A stretch of DNA of 64,000 bases from an uncultured bacterium (GTDB taxonomy: Bacteria; Desulfobacterota; Binatia; HRBIN30; CADEER01), in NCBI GenBank assembly GCA_963757755.1, contig CAVWTK010000007.1:66188-130187 (forward strand), read 5' to 3'. Positions 9,830 to 20,000 of this stretch are shown in pieces (position 1 is the first letter of the stretch; each line of letters starts with the position of its first letter). The position numbers and the translations under genes were made by a program. Below the pieces are notes generated by a model. It was not told the DNA's origin and searched no databases. It saw nothing but the letters and a program-made list of their open reading frames with translations.

Positions 9830-10489
9830 CTATTCTGCGATTCGGGATGCGGTGGGCGACGACGGCGGCGGCGTGATTCCCATCGACACGTAGATCGCGG
9901 TCAGCTTGTCGACGCCGATCTTGGCGGGGCGCACCCAACCGACCGGGACGTAGAGCAGCGCGCCGCCGAACGGGACCGGGGCGGTGGGAATCAGCACGGC
10001 GCGGTAGGCCGTCCCATCGATGTCCACCGGATTCGGGCTCGGCGACAGCGCCAGCACGGCGGCGCCCTCGTTGCCGAAGAAGCACCACACGGGGCTCATC
10101 GCGCCGATGTCGGCGTGCCCTTCCTGGTCCAGCAGGCCGACGAAGCGGTCGGCGACGTTGTACACCGACCCGACGATGGGGATGCGGCGCACCGTGCGGT
10201 CGGTGAGCGCGCGCAGCGGGCGCTGCAACCCCGATCGCACCAGCAGCCCCAGGAGCCAGATGGCGGCGAACAGGAGCAGCGCGCCGACGACGTAGGCCAG
10301 ACCGGGGTTGGAGGAGAATGAGTACCCCAGCGTCGAGAAGAGCGAGCCTGCGAGACTCCCCGGCCCGAGCAGCGAGTTCACCCAACTGAACACCCACGCC
10401 AGGACCACCGCCGTGAGCGCCAGCGGCAGCAACACGAGGAGGCCGGCGAGGAACGTCCCCGCGATCGAGTCGAGACCGCGCTTGAACAT
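9830..10489 (-). CDS. DUF502-family membrane protein, 219 aa
   Basis: ORF 9830..10660 trimmed to ATG 10489. Two N-terminal TM helices, RRIPIVGSVYN, and IPTAPVPFGGALLYVP match the DUF502 pattern. Confidence 0.75.
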   Translation of the reverse strand: MFKRGLDSIAGTFLAGLLVLLPLALTAVVLAWVFSWVNSLLGPGSLAGSLFSTLGYSFSSNPGLAYVVGALLLFAAIWLLGLLVRSGLQRPLRALTDRTVRRIPIVGSVYNVADRFVGLLDQEGHADIGAMSPVWCFFGNEGAAVLALSPSPNPVDIDGTAYRAVLIPTAPVPFGGALLYVPVGWVRPAKIGVDKLTAIYVSMGITPPPSSPTASRIAE

Positions 10490-10520
10490 GGACGAGCGCG
10501 CCGCGGGGGCGGGCCGCCGC

Positions 10521-10913
10521 TCAGTTGACGATGTTGTGGCCCCGCTGGCGCATGCAGTTGACGTACGCCTGCTGGAACGCATTCTCCGATTGGTTCGCCC
10601 GGCGCGCGGCGTTGCCGATGCCGCCCGCCGCGGCGCCGACGGCCGCGCCCCGGCCGGCATTGCCCAGCGCGGCGCCGATCGCGGCGCCGGCGCCGGCGCC
10701 GACCAGACCGCCGGTCACGGCGCCCGTCAGCGCCTCGCGCGGCGCATCGCCGGACACGCGATGCGCGAGGCGGCGGCACTCCTCGAGGTCGCGGCTGACG
10801 AATTGGCTGTTCGAGTTGTTGAAGGTGTCGACGGTGGGCGTCCACGGCTGTTGGGTCACGCACCCACCGACGAGCAGCGTCAGTCCCAGACCGGCCGCAA
10901 GCAATCGGTACAT
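10521..10913 (-). CDS. Glycine-zipper outer-membrane lipoprotein (SlyB/Pcp-like), 130 aa
   Basis: Internal ATG 10913 follows GAGGAGG. Lipobox LLVGGC and glycine zipper GAVTGGLVGAGAGAAIGAALGNAGRGAAVGAAAGG. Confidence 0.75.
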   Translation of the reverse strand: MYRLLAAGLGLTLLVGGCVTQQPWTPTVDTFNNSNSQFVSRDLEECRRLAHRVSGDAPREALTGAVTGGLVGAGAGAAIGAALGNAGRGAAVGAAAGGIGNAARRANQSENAFQQAYVNCMRQRGHNIVN

Positions 10914-11081
10914 CCGACTCCTCCTCGAATGGCGCGATTCTGTCGCAGAATCCCACTGGGGCGTCAAACTGACTCTCGACGCGCAGGGCGTGTGTGCGGC
11001 GGCGAAGTAGACACTCGCAGTGTTCCGTGTATAGATCGCCGACGCCCGGAACCCGTCCGCGGCCGCAAAATAGGAGCGATC

Positions 11082-11477
11082 ATGCTGACTACCTCGTTCG
11101 GCCACGGCGACGTGTTGATCTGGTTCGTCGAAATCTTCTTCTTCGTCGTCTGGTTCTGGCTGCTGATGTCGATCGTCTCCGATCTGTTTCGCGACCACGA
11201 GGCGTCCGGGGCCACCAAGGCACTCTGGGTCGTGTTCGTGCTGTTCTTTCCCATGTTCGGCGTGCTCGCCTACCTGATCGTACGCGGCGGCGGCATGGCG
11301 GCACGCGCGGCGCGCAGCCAGAAGGACGCCCAGGAGCGTTTCGACAGCTACGTCCGCTCGGTCGCCAGCGACCCGCAGGGGCCGGCCGATCAGATCCAGA
11401 AGGCGAAGGCATTGCTGGACTCCGGGGCCATCGACCGCGCCGAATTCGACCGTCTGAAGGCGAAGGCGCTGCAGTAA
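11082..11477 (+). CDS. Small membrane protein with PLDc_N-type N-terminus and SHOCT C-terminus, 131 aa
   Basis: ATG 11082 follows AGGAG. Two TM helices (WFVEIFFFVVWFWLLMSIVSD, WVVFVLFFPMFGVLAYLIV) and a C-terminal LLDSGAIDRAEFDRLKAKAL (SHOCT-like). Confidence 0.7.
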   Translation: MLTTSFGHGDVLIWFVEIFFFVVWFWLLMSIVSDLFRDHEASGATKALWVVFVLFFPMFGVLAYLIVRGGGMAARAARSQKDAQERFDSYVRSVASDPQGPADQIQKAKALLDSGAIDRAEFDRLKAKALQ

Positions 11478-11511
11478 CCCGGTCCGGGGGCTCGCAGTCC
11501 GAGCCGAGACG

Positions 11512-12318
11512 ATGGCGATCCGAATCCGCGCCGTCGCCATCTTCACGGCGCTGTGCCTCGCGGCGGCGTTCGTCGTGCCGGCGACGCCGCAACCGGTCTC
11601 GTATCACGATTTCGCCGACCACCGCGCCCTGTTCGGCATCACCAACTTCCTCGACGTCGCCTCGAACCTCGGATTCCTGATCGTCGCGCTGCTCGGCTTC
11701 GCCGTCGTCTTCCGGCCGCGCACGTCCTTCGAGTTCGAGAGCGAGCGCCTCGCCTACGCCGTGTTCTTTGCCGGCATGCTGCTGACGGCGGCGGGCTCGG
11801 CCTACTATCACCTGGCGCCGGACAACGAACGCCTGTTCTGGGATCGCCTGCCGATGACCATCGCCTTCATGTCGCTGCTCGCGGCGCAGGTGGGCGAACG
11901 CATCAGCCGGCGCGCCGGACTGCTCCTGCTCGTCCCGATGCTGCTGATCGGCGCCGCCTCGGTCTTCTACTGGCGGGCGACGGAGCGCGCCGGTGCGGGC
12001 AACGTGGTACCGTACGGCATCCTGCAGGGCTACGCGGTGATCATGCTGTGTCTGATCACCTACCTGCATCCGTCGCGCTACACGCGCGGCACCGACCTCT
12101 ACTGGGTGTTCGCCGCCTATGTGGTCGCGAAAGTCCTCGAGCTGCTCGATCGCGAGGTCCTCGCGTTCGGCCACACGGTGAGCGGCCACACGCTCAAGCA
12201 CCTCGCCGCCGCGCTCGGTGGGCTCGTGGTCTGCCGGATGCTGGCTCTGCGCACCCTGCACGCACCCGAACCGCGCCCCGCGCTCGTCGCGGCGACCGCG
12301 CGTCCCGCACGCCCATGA
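11512..12318 (+). CDS. Alkaline-ceramidase-like (aPHC family) membrane protein, 268 aa
   Basis: Seven-TM-like profile with SAYYHLAPDNERLFWDRLPM and GHTLKHLAAALG, both reminiscent of bacterial ceramidase-family proteins. Confidence 0.55.
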   Translation: MAIRIRAVAIFTALCLAAAFVVPATPQPVSYHDFADHRALFGITNFLDVASNLGFLIVALLGFAVVFRPRTSFEFESERLAYAVFFAGMLLTAAGSAYYHLAPDNERLFWDRLPMTIAFMSLLAAQVGERISRRAGLLLLVPMLLIGAASVFYWRATERAGAGNVVPYGILQGYAVIMLCLITYLHPSRYTRGTDLYWVFAAYVVAKVLELLDREVLAFGHTVSGHTLKHLAAALGGLVVCRMLALRTLHAPEPRPALVAATARPARP

Positions 12319-12338
12319 CCCGGCGCGGAGGTATCGAG

Positions 12339-13457
12339 ATGACACGATGGATCGCGGCGATCGGCCTCCTGCTCGCCACCGGGTCGGCCGCCGCGGCGGC
12401 GGACCCGGCGCTCGTCTGCTTCGGCAGCGAGCCGTCGTGGAGCGTCGCGCTCGACGCACCCGACGGCGCCCGGCTGTCACTGCCGGACACCCCACCCGCC
12501 GACTACCGCGGCGCGGCGAGCCGGAACGACGCGCTGCACGAGCGGGTCTGGCGCGGCCAGCCGGTGAGCGGCACGGGCGCCGACCTGGTCGTCTTCCTGC
12601 GCGAAGCGGAATGCAGCGACGGGATGTCCGACGTGAAGCACCCCGTCGTGGCGCGGGTGTCGCTGCCTGACGGCCGTTTTCTCGCCGGCTGTTGCCGCCT
12701 CGCGTCCGCGGCGGCGCCGGCGCCCGCGGCCGCCGCGCCCGAGGCGCCGCCGGCGCCGATCGAGGGATCGACCTGGCGGCTGACGAGCCTGCGCGGCGTC
12801 GACGCCACGGCGCTCGCCGGCATCCGCCCGCCCGTCACCGTGCGCCTCGACGCCGGCCGCCTGCAGGGATTCTCCGGCTGCAATCAACTCGTCGGCTCCT
12901 ACACCGTCGCCGGCGATCAGGTGACCATCCCCGCGCTCGCCGGCACGATGATGGCCTGCGGGCCCGCCGTGATGAAGGTGGAGACCGCGTTCAAGCAGGC
13001 CCTCGCCGGGACGCTCCGCTTCGCCGTCGCCGACGACCGCCTGACGCTCACCCCCGACGGCGACACCGAGCCGACGATCGTCTTCGCGACCGCCCCGCCC
13101 GCCCGCCTCGAGGGCGCCGCGTGGGAGGTCAACGGCTTCAACAACGGGCGCCACGCGGTCGTGAGCCCGCTGAACGGCACGACGCTGTCGCTGGCCTTCC
13201 AGAACGGATCCGTGTCGGGCCAGGCGGGGTGCAACACCTTCCGCGCCACCTACACGCGCGACGGCAACCGCCTCACCATCGGACCGCCGGCGGCGACGCG
13301 CAAGTTCTGCGACGGCAAAGGCGTGATGAAGCAGGAGCACGAGTTCCTCGCGGCGCTCGAATCGACGACGACCTGGGCCATCGACAACCGCGGCATGCTC
13401 GACCTGCACCGCGCCGACGCCGAGCGGGTGCTGATGGCGCATCGCGCCGAGCCGTAG
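12339..13457 (+). CDS. Secreted protein with two META (HslJ-like) domains, 372 aa
   Basis: ATG 12339 follows GGAGG, with a signal peptide. The GFSGCNQLVGSYTV / GQAGCNTFRATYTR and TMMACG / TRKFCDG motifs are each repeated twice. Confidence 0.8.
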   Translation: MTRWIAAIGLLLATGSAAAAADPALVCFGSEPSWSVALDAPDGARLSLPDTPPADYRGAASRNDALHERVWRGQPVSGTGADLVVFLREAECSDGMSDVKHPVVARVSLPDGRFLAGCCRLASAAAPAPAAAAPEAPPAPIEGSTWRLTSLRGVDATALAGIRPPVTVRLDAGRLQGFSGCNQLVGSYTVAGDQVTIPALAGTMMACGPAVMKVETAFKQALAGTLRFAVADDRLTLTPDGDTEPTIVFATAPPARLEGAAWEVNGFNNGRHAVVSPLNGTTLSLAFQNGSVSGQAGCNTFRATYTRDGNRLTIGPPAATRKFCDGKGVMKQEHEFLAALESTTTWAIDNRGMLDLHRADAERVLMAHRAEP

Positions 13458-13544
13458 CGCGAGCGATAGAATTCAACCCGGAGACGCGGAGGCGCGAAGG
13501 TTCGGCGATCGCATCATCCGCGGCGTTGCCACAGAAAACACGCA

Positions 13545-13622
13545 CCACGGATTACACGGATTCGCTGGGAGACTTCTCCGGTCTTCCATCCGTGAAATCC
13601 GTGTAATCCGTGCAATCCGTGG
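13545..13622. repeat. REP-like palindrome built from iterated ACGGATT / AATCCGT units
   Basis: The left arm is ccacggattacacggatt. The right side has four tandem (N)AATCCGTG copies. It lies between convergent genes. Confidence 0.8.
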
Positions 13623-13663
13623 TTGATCTTTGGATCACTGCGACTCTCGGCTGAGACGGTCCG

Positions 13664-14665
13664 CTACTGCGCGGCGACGAGTGCCTGCGCGTCCAGGACC
13701 AGCACCGTGCTCTTCGTCGACAGGTAGACGTAGCGGCCGTCGGGGGAGACCGCCACGTCGCGCGGGCGTGGCGCGGCGAGCTGCGCGCGGGTCGCGCCGG
13801 TGGCGGTGTCGAGCGCGGTGAGCTGGCCGCCGGTCTGGCTGGCGACGAAGAGCGTGTCGCCGGTCGGATTGATGGCAAGCCCGGTCGGCTGCACCGGAAC
13901 GCGGAAGGTCTGCGTGACGCGGCGCGCCACGAGATCGACGACGGAGACGCTCGGGCCGGTCAGGTTGGCGACGTAGGCGAGGCGGTCGTCGGGTGAGAGC
14001 ACGATGCGGAACGGGTTGCCCTCGACCGCGATGGCGTCGCCGAAGCGCCGGGTGGCAGTATCGAACATGTTGATGAAGCCGGGCGTACAGATCGGCCGAC
14101 AGCCGGCCGTGTAGACCGTGCGGCCGTCGCGCGTGATCGCCACTCCGACCGGCCCGACGCTCGGCTGCAGCAGGTTGCCGCCGCCGCCATCGCTCGGAAT
14201 GATCCCGAAGCCACGGTTGGCGCGGTTGGCGATGTAGATCGTCCGGCCGTCCGGCGCGACGACCATGGAGCCGAACCCGCCGCGCTCCCGGTGGAGGAAC
14301 ATCGTGATCGGATCCACCACCGTGTTGGTGGCGGTGTCGAGCACGGTCAGCATGATCGAGAAGAGATTTGAGACGTAGACCCGCGAGCCGTCCGGCGAGA
14401 CGGCGATGCCCGTCGAGTGCGGGTTGATGCTGATGTGCTTCACTTCGCGGTTGGTCGCGGTGTCGATCACCGACAGCATCCCACCCGACGCCGCGTAGAC
14501 ATGCCGGCCGTCGGGGGCCACCGCCAGCAGGGTCGGACCGTTCCCGAAGGGGACGGTCGCGACGACGGCGGAATGCGATGCGGGGGTCGGTGCGGCGGTC
14601 TGGGCGGCGCAGCCGCCCAGGATCAGCAGAAGGAGCGCGCCCCTGCGCTGCGTCGCGCGCCGCAT
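13664..14665 (-). CDS. YVTN-family beta-propeller repeat lipoprotein, 333 aa
   Basis: ORF trimmed to ATG 14665. Lipobox LILGGC, then repeated ...PDGR.VYVAN....SVID/LD.AT... units. Confidence 0.8.
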   Translation of the reverse strand: MRRATQRRGALLLLILGGCAAQTAAPTPASHSAVVATVPFGNGPTLLAVAPDGRHVYAASGGMLSVIDTATNREVKHISINPHSTGIAVSPDGSRVYVSNLFSIMLTVLDTATNTVVDPITMFLHRERGGFGSMVVAPDGRTIYIANRANRGFGIIPSDGGGGNLLQPSVGPVGVAITRDGRTVYTAGCRPICTPGFINMFDTATRRFGDAIAVEGNPFRIVLSPDDRLAYVANLTGPSVSVVDLVARRVTQTFRVPVQPTGLAINPTGDTLFVASQTGGQLTALDTATGATRAQLAAPRPRDVAVSPDGRYVYLSTKSTVLVLDAQALVAAQ

Positions 14666-14681
14666 CCGCCGTCCGCGCGCA

Positions 14682-16119
14682 TCACGGCCCGGTCGGCCAG
14701 AAGCCCGGATCGACCGACATGTCGTTCGCCTGCCAGCCGCCGCCGAGGGCGCTGTAGAGGTCCACGACCGCAAGGATCCGATTGAGATCGGTCTGCGCCA
14801 GCGCCTGCTCGGCCGGGAAGAGCTGCTGCTGCGCCTCGAGGACTTCGAAATAGGTGGCCAGGCCGCCGTTGTAGCGCAGCAGAGAGAAACGCACCGATTC
14901 GCGCAACGCGTCCACGGCGACCTGCTGCTCGACGCGCACCTCCTCGAGCTTCTGCTGGGCGATCAGCGCATTCGAGACCTCGCTCAGCGCGTTGATCACG
15001 GTCTGCACGTACTGCGCCTTGGCCGCCTCCCAATCGGCGACCTGGGCGCGGTACTACTCGGTGAGACGGCCGCCCTGGAAGATCGGGCCCATGAGGGAGC
15101 CGGCTATCGCCCAGATGACGCCGGGCGTCTTGATGACGTTCTCGAGGTCGGAGCTCTGCCCGCCATACAGCGTGGTCAGGCCGAGGCGCGGAAAGAAGTT
15201 CGCGATCGTGACGCCGACCAGCGCGTTGCTCGATTCGATCAGGCGTTCCGCTTGCAGCACGTCGGGACGGCGGCGCAGCAGCTCGGACGGCAGGCCGGGC
15301 GGCGTCTGCGGGGGCACGGACGTGAGGGTCATGAGCGGCTCGCGCGCCACCGGACCGGGCGAGCGTCCGAGCAGCGTGCAGAGCGCGTTCTCCTGCTGCA
15401 CGATCGCCTGCTCGAACTGCGGAATGGTCGCCGCCGCCTGGGCGCGCGCCGCCCTGGCGCGTTCGACCGAGAGCATCGAGTCGACACCGCCCTTGTAGCG
15501 GCGCGTGAACAGATCGAGGGTCTGGGTGAACGATTCCGTCGTCCGCTGTGCGATCTGGAGTTGGAGATCGAGCTGCTGCAGCGTGAAGTATCCGGTCGCT
15601 ACGCTGCTCACCAGGCTGAGCACGACGCCGCGCCGGATGTCGTCGGTGGCGTACAGCACCGCCTCCGACGCCTCGGTGGCGCGCCGGATGCGGCCCCACA
15701 CGTCGAGCTCCCAGGCCAGATTGAAGGCGCCGAGGAAGGTGTTGAACGTCTGGTTGTCGACGTTAGGCCCGAGGAAGCTCTTGCCGCGCTGCGCCGCGCC
15801 CTGGTAGCCGGCCTGGGGGAAGAGCTCCGAACGCGTGACGCCGACCTGGTGCTGCGCCTGCTCGACCCGTGCCGCCGGCGGTCCGCAGGTCGTAGTTGGC
15901 GGCCAGCGCCTCGTCGATCAGGCCGCGCAGCGTGACGTCCTGGAAGACGTCGAACCACGGCTCGTCCGCGAAGGACGCGGCTTCGGCCGGGGCCACCTCG
16001 CTGCGATACGCCGGCGGCACGTCGGGCTCCGGCTTGACGAAGTTCGGGCCGACGGCGCAACCGGTCGCGAGACACGCGACCAGCGCGGCGACGCTGACGC
16101 GACGGGCTGACAAGTGCAC
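14682..16119 (-). pseudogene. NodT/TolC-type outer-membrane efflux lipoprotein, disrupted by one frameshift and one in-frame TAG
   Basis: The N-terminus (lipobox LATGC, NFVKPEPDVPPAYR, WFDVFQD..LRGLIDEALAANYDLR) changes frame near 15871-15882. Sense then continues as AAARVEQAQHQVGV...WELDVWGRIRRATEAS. A TAG at 15054-15056 interrupts GGRLTE*YRAQVADWEAAKAQY. Confidence 0.8.
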
Positions 16120-16264
16120 CGGGCCCGGTATCCGCCGCTCCTCCGTCGCCCGGCGCTCGCCGTCGTAGCTGACCTCCACCAGATCGCTCATCGCGCCCCC
16201 AGGCGCCGTCGATGTCGCAGAAACCGCCGGGGGGGTCAAATCAGCGCACCGGGCCGAAGAAAGC

Positions 16265-16717
16265 TCAGCCGACGGCGTGCAGCGGCTCGGCGTGCGCGGT
16301 GTCGTGCGTCGACAGGCCGATGCCGTTCATGCAGTGCGGGCCGCCCCAGTGCTCGACGACCTTACCGTCGCGCATGCGCAGGATCGCCGTGCCGTTGATG
16401 ACGATACGCCGTCCGGAGGGCGGAACCCCGTAGTATGCGGCGCCGTCATGCGTGCCGGTCAGGGTCCAGTTCGAGACGATCAGGTCGCCCGACTCGATCA
16501 GCAGGTCGACCCCGAACTGCATGTCACTGAACGCCGCCCGCGCCGACTCCCAGAACTTCTGTTCCTGCGGCCGGATGTCCGTGCCCACCGCCTCCGGACT
16601 GACCCGCGGCGTCACGTGACTCATGAAGTCGGGTGCGAACACCTCGTACACCGCCGAGTAGTCGCCGGCGGACATGCGCGCGCTGTACTCTCCGAGGATC
16701 TTGAGATTCTTCGACAT
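16265..16717 (-). CDS. SnoaL-like ester/polyketide cyclase family protein, 150 aa
   Basis: ATG 16717 follows AGGAGGG. FAPDFMSH...LIVSNWTLTGTHDGAAYYGVPPSGRRIVINGTAILRMRDGKVVEHWG is typical of ester-cyclase/SnoaL-like proteins. Confidence 0.75.
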   Translation of the reverse strand: MSKNLKILGEYSARMSAGDYSAVYEVFAPDFMSHVTPRVSPEAVGTDIRPQEQKFWESARAAFSDMQFGVDLLIESGDLIVSNWTLTGTHDGAAYYGVPPSGRRIVINGTAILRMRDGKVVEHWGGPHCMNGIGLSTHDTAHAEPLHAVG

Positions 16718-17071
16718 GGTGTTCCCTCCTGACGGAAACCGCATCTTAGGCGAGGTCGTGCGGGAAGGGGAAGCGGAAGGATCGCTCGCGCCTCGTGTCC
16801 ATCCCCGCATGGAGGGCCGCGCTCCCGCGCGGCCTGGTCCGAAGGAGAAGCGCCAGCGCGCCCGGTCCGTGATCGCGCGCCGCAATCCGCCGTCGGAGCC
16901 GCGGGCCTCGTGCCCGCACGGCGGTGCTGCGCACCGCCGTGCGGCGACAAGCGCCGCGGCTACGTCTGGGGCGTGGCGCCCGAGGGTGCGTAGTCCCGGA
17001 AGGGCATCGCAATCACCATCTCACCAGGCATCGCCAGAGACCCTCGCGAGATCAGGTCGTCCCCACGGCCG

Positions 17072-20000
17072 TTACCGATCGCCCACCTCCGGCGTTGGGG
17101 TCGGGGTGTCGGGCACGACCCAGAGCGGGGTCAACGTCGGCACCGCCAGCGACGGCAGCGCCGATATCCCCTGTTCGTCGTCGGATAACCCGCCGCCTGT
17201 CCGAGGCGTCGATGCCCCATCGACGCGATCATTCCCGTCGCGCTGACTGGCGGCATTCGAGCCTGCCGGCGCGGACGCGCGCGCGCCCGTTGCCGACGTT
17301 CGCTCCGCCTCCGACGCCACGGCGGTCGTCAACGTGCACTGTGGATCGGTCGCCGCACTCGCGGTGTGGAAGGGATCGCCCGCCTTGTCGAGGCCGAGCG
17401 CGGGCTCGATCGTCGTGTCCGTGCCGTACAGGACGAGCTTGCCCTGCGGCGCGAACGGCGCGTGCGCGTAGGTGTCGTACGGCTGGCAGGTGGAGGGGCC
17501 CGGCGAATAGGCGGGGTCGTCGAGCTTGATCACGTACAGGTGACAGCCGTCCTTCGGGCAGGCGTAGTACGACTCGCCGTGGGCGACGTCCGGACAGGAC
17601 GGGTCATCGGTGGCCGGATTGCCGGTGCAGCTGCCGAGCGGCGACGGCGCGATCGGATTGGGCTCGTCCTGGGCGACCCAGAGGAAGAGCATGCCGGTCG
17701 CCTTGTCATAGAAGTACCTGCGGAGATTCGGCGTGCCGTCGCCGTTGAGCATCGCGGCCGCGTCGTCGACGCGATCGAGGTCGTCGGTCGGAAAGACGCA
17801 CGCCGTGCCGTCGCCGGTCGGCGTCGAGCCGTCCGGACAGGCGCCGCCGGTCTTCTGCACGGTGCGCGGACGCGGACCCGGACACGTCGGCGTGGTGATG
17901 TTCACCGTGTGCGACGAGTCGAGGTTGTCGCACGCGGACGGGCTCCAGTACTTGAGCAGGTCGGGGTCGGTGGGCTCGACGAGACCGCCGAGGAACGACT
18001 TGTAGCCGCGCTGGATCTTGAACTTCGTCGGATCCTGCGGATGTGAGCCGTCGGCGTTGGCGTAACAGATGCCGAGACGGATGAAGAACGGCTTCTCGGC
18101 GCTGACGTTCGGTTTGACGACGTCGACCACGCCGACAGTCATGATGTTGGCGATCCCGGCTTTGCCGGTCGATCTGGGGAAGGTCGGCGCCGGTGAGGTC
18201 GCCACGGTGTAGCCGAACCCGCTCGTGACCTTGGGCTCCCAGACGCCGCGCCCGTCGCGGCCGTGCAGCGTCATCGCAGCGTGGATGACGTTGCCGAGAG
18301 CATCGCGGCGCGGACCGCCGTTGGCATCCGTTTCCGGATCGTCGCGCGTGAAGGTGACGAACTGCGTGTGCGTCTGGTCGAAGTCCGGGCCAGGGAACGG
18401 CACGTCGTTGCCATCGACCTTGTCCAACCACGGATACAGCGTCGAGAATTCCAATGTCGCCAGGCTGCCCGGCGAGATGAGTGAGGTGTCGCGCCCTTCG
18501 AAGTGCTGATTCTGTGCGCCGGTGGAGAGACACTCGTTGACGGCGTTCGACGTCGCATTGAACGGCAGGTTGTTGAGCGAGATCGGATGAATGGTCTCGC
18601 CCGGACGCGCGTGGAGCGCACGCCAAAGCCGGTCAGCGTTCCGTCCTCGTCGACGATGGCGGTGTTCTTGTCGCCGTCGTTGAAGAGGAGATTGAGGCTG
18701 ACCTGCTCGGTATAGATCTGGTGGCGCAGGTCGGTGTTCACCCAGCTCAGGCCGCGGGTGGCGGTCGCGGTCGGATAGCGCGCTCTGGTTCGACTGGAAC
18801 CAGCCGAAGGCCGCATCACCCTCGTAGACGAAGTGGGTGTTGCAGCCCTCCGCCTTGGCGCAGCAGTTCGGATTGTTGCCGTCGGCACAGAGCACGTTCG
18901 GCAGCGGACAGGAGTTCAGACAGTCCCCGGGCTTCGCGCAACAGTCGGCGGGCGTGTTGCAGTGGTGGCCCTTGTTCGTCCCCGACACGCAGACCTGGGC
19001 CGTGGGCGTGTTCTGCGACGCGTAGGTGGCCAGGAAGGCGTTGTCCGCGGCCGTGAGCAGGCTCGACGGATCCTTGCGGAAGTTGACGAAGCGATCGTCG
19101 AACACCCGTACCGGGCCGTCGTAGAGCATGTAGCCGAACATGTTCCAGTTCGGCGTCGGGTACCCTTCGCCCATCTCGTCGCCGCTGTGCGCGACGACGC
19201 CGGTCGGCGGCGGCGTGTGGTCGATGCAGCCAAACTGGCCGCCGGTGAAGATGCCGTTGACGTTGTTGCGCGGGCACTGGCCGAAGCGGCTGACGTTGTT
19301 CTGACTGACGCCGACGAGCACCGAGTCCTTGAGGAGGAGCCACACGCCGGGCGCGTTGCCGTCGAGTCCGCCCGAGGTGACGAGCGTGACGCTCTCGCGA
19401 TTGGTGGCGAAGCGCCCGTCCTTGAGCACGAACCACGTCGGCCGCAGCCACACGCCGCGGAAGCGGTTGCGCGTCGCCGTCATGCCGTCGAGCTGCGTGA
19501 TCACCGGCTGGCCCGTGCTGGTGCCGTCCTTGTGGGAGAAGAGCTGTTCCGAGATCACGCCGTGATCCGGCTCGCCGTAGTAGCCGGCGTAGCAGCCGTG
19601 CGCGCGGTTGTTGAGGAACGCGTGCGGATGGCCGGGGATGCCGATCGGCTTGTACTTCAGGTCCTGCAGCTGGCCGCCGATCATGAGCGGAACCGTCGGC
19701 GGCACCCACCAGAAGCCGCGGCCGACGCCCTGGCAGCCGCCGATCGCGTTGCCGATCAGCTCGGTGGTGGGATTGGTGATCCAGAAGCCGCTGGCCGGCT
19801 CGGTATAGATCTCGTCGGGATCGCACGCCCGCGGGGGATCCTGCGGACGACTCCCATCGGTCACGTACGGCTCGCGCACGACCCCGAAGCCGCCGTTGCC
19901 GTCGGGCTTCTTGCAGGACCCGTGGGTCGGGTTCTTCTGGTTGTCGGTGTTCGGAATGTTGAACCCGTCGTAGTGATAGCCGGCTTCCTTGGCGAGGTTG

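Noticed and set aside
15054-15056. In-frame TAG in the OMF gene as a recoded (pyrrolysine or read-through) codon.
   Set aside because: TAG serves as an ordinary stop elsewhere in the window (e.g. the P450 gene at 21796-21798). No pyl genes are seen, and the same gene also carries a frameshift.
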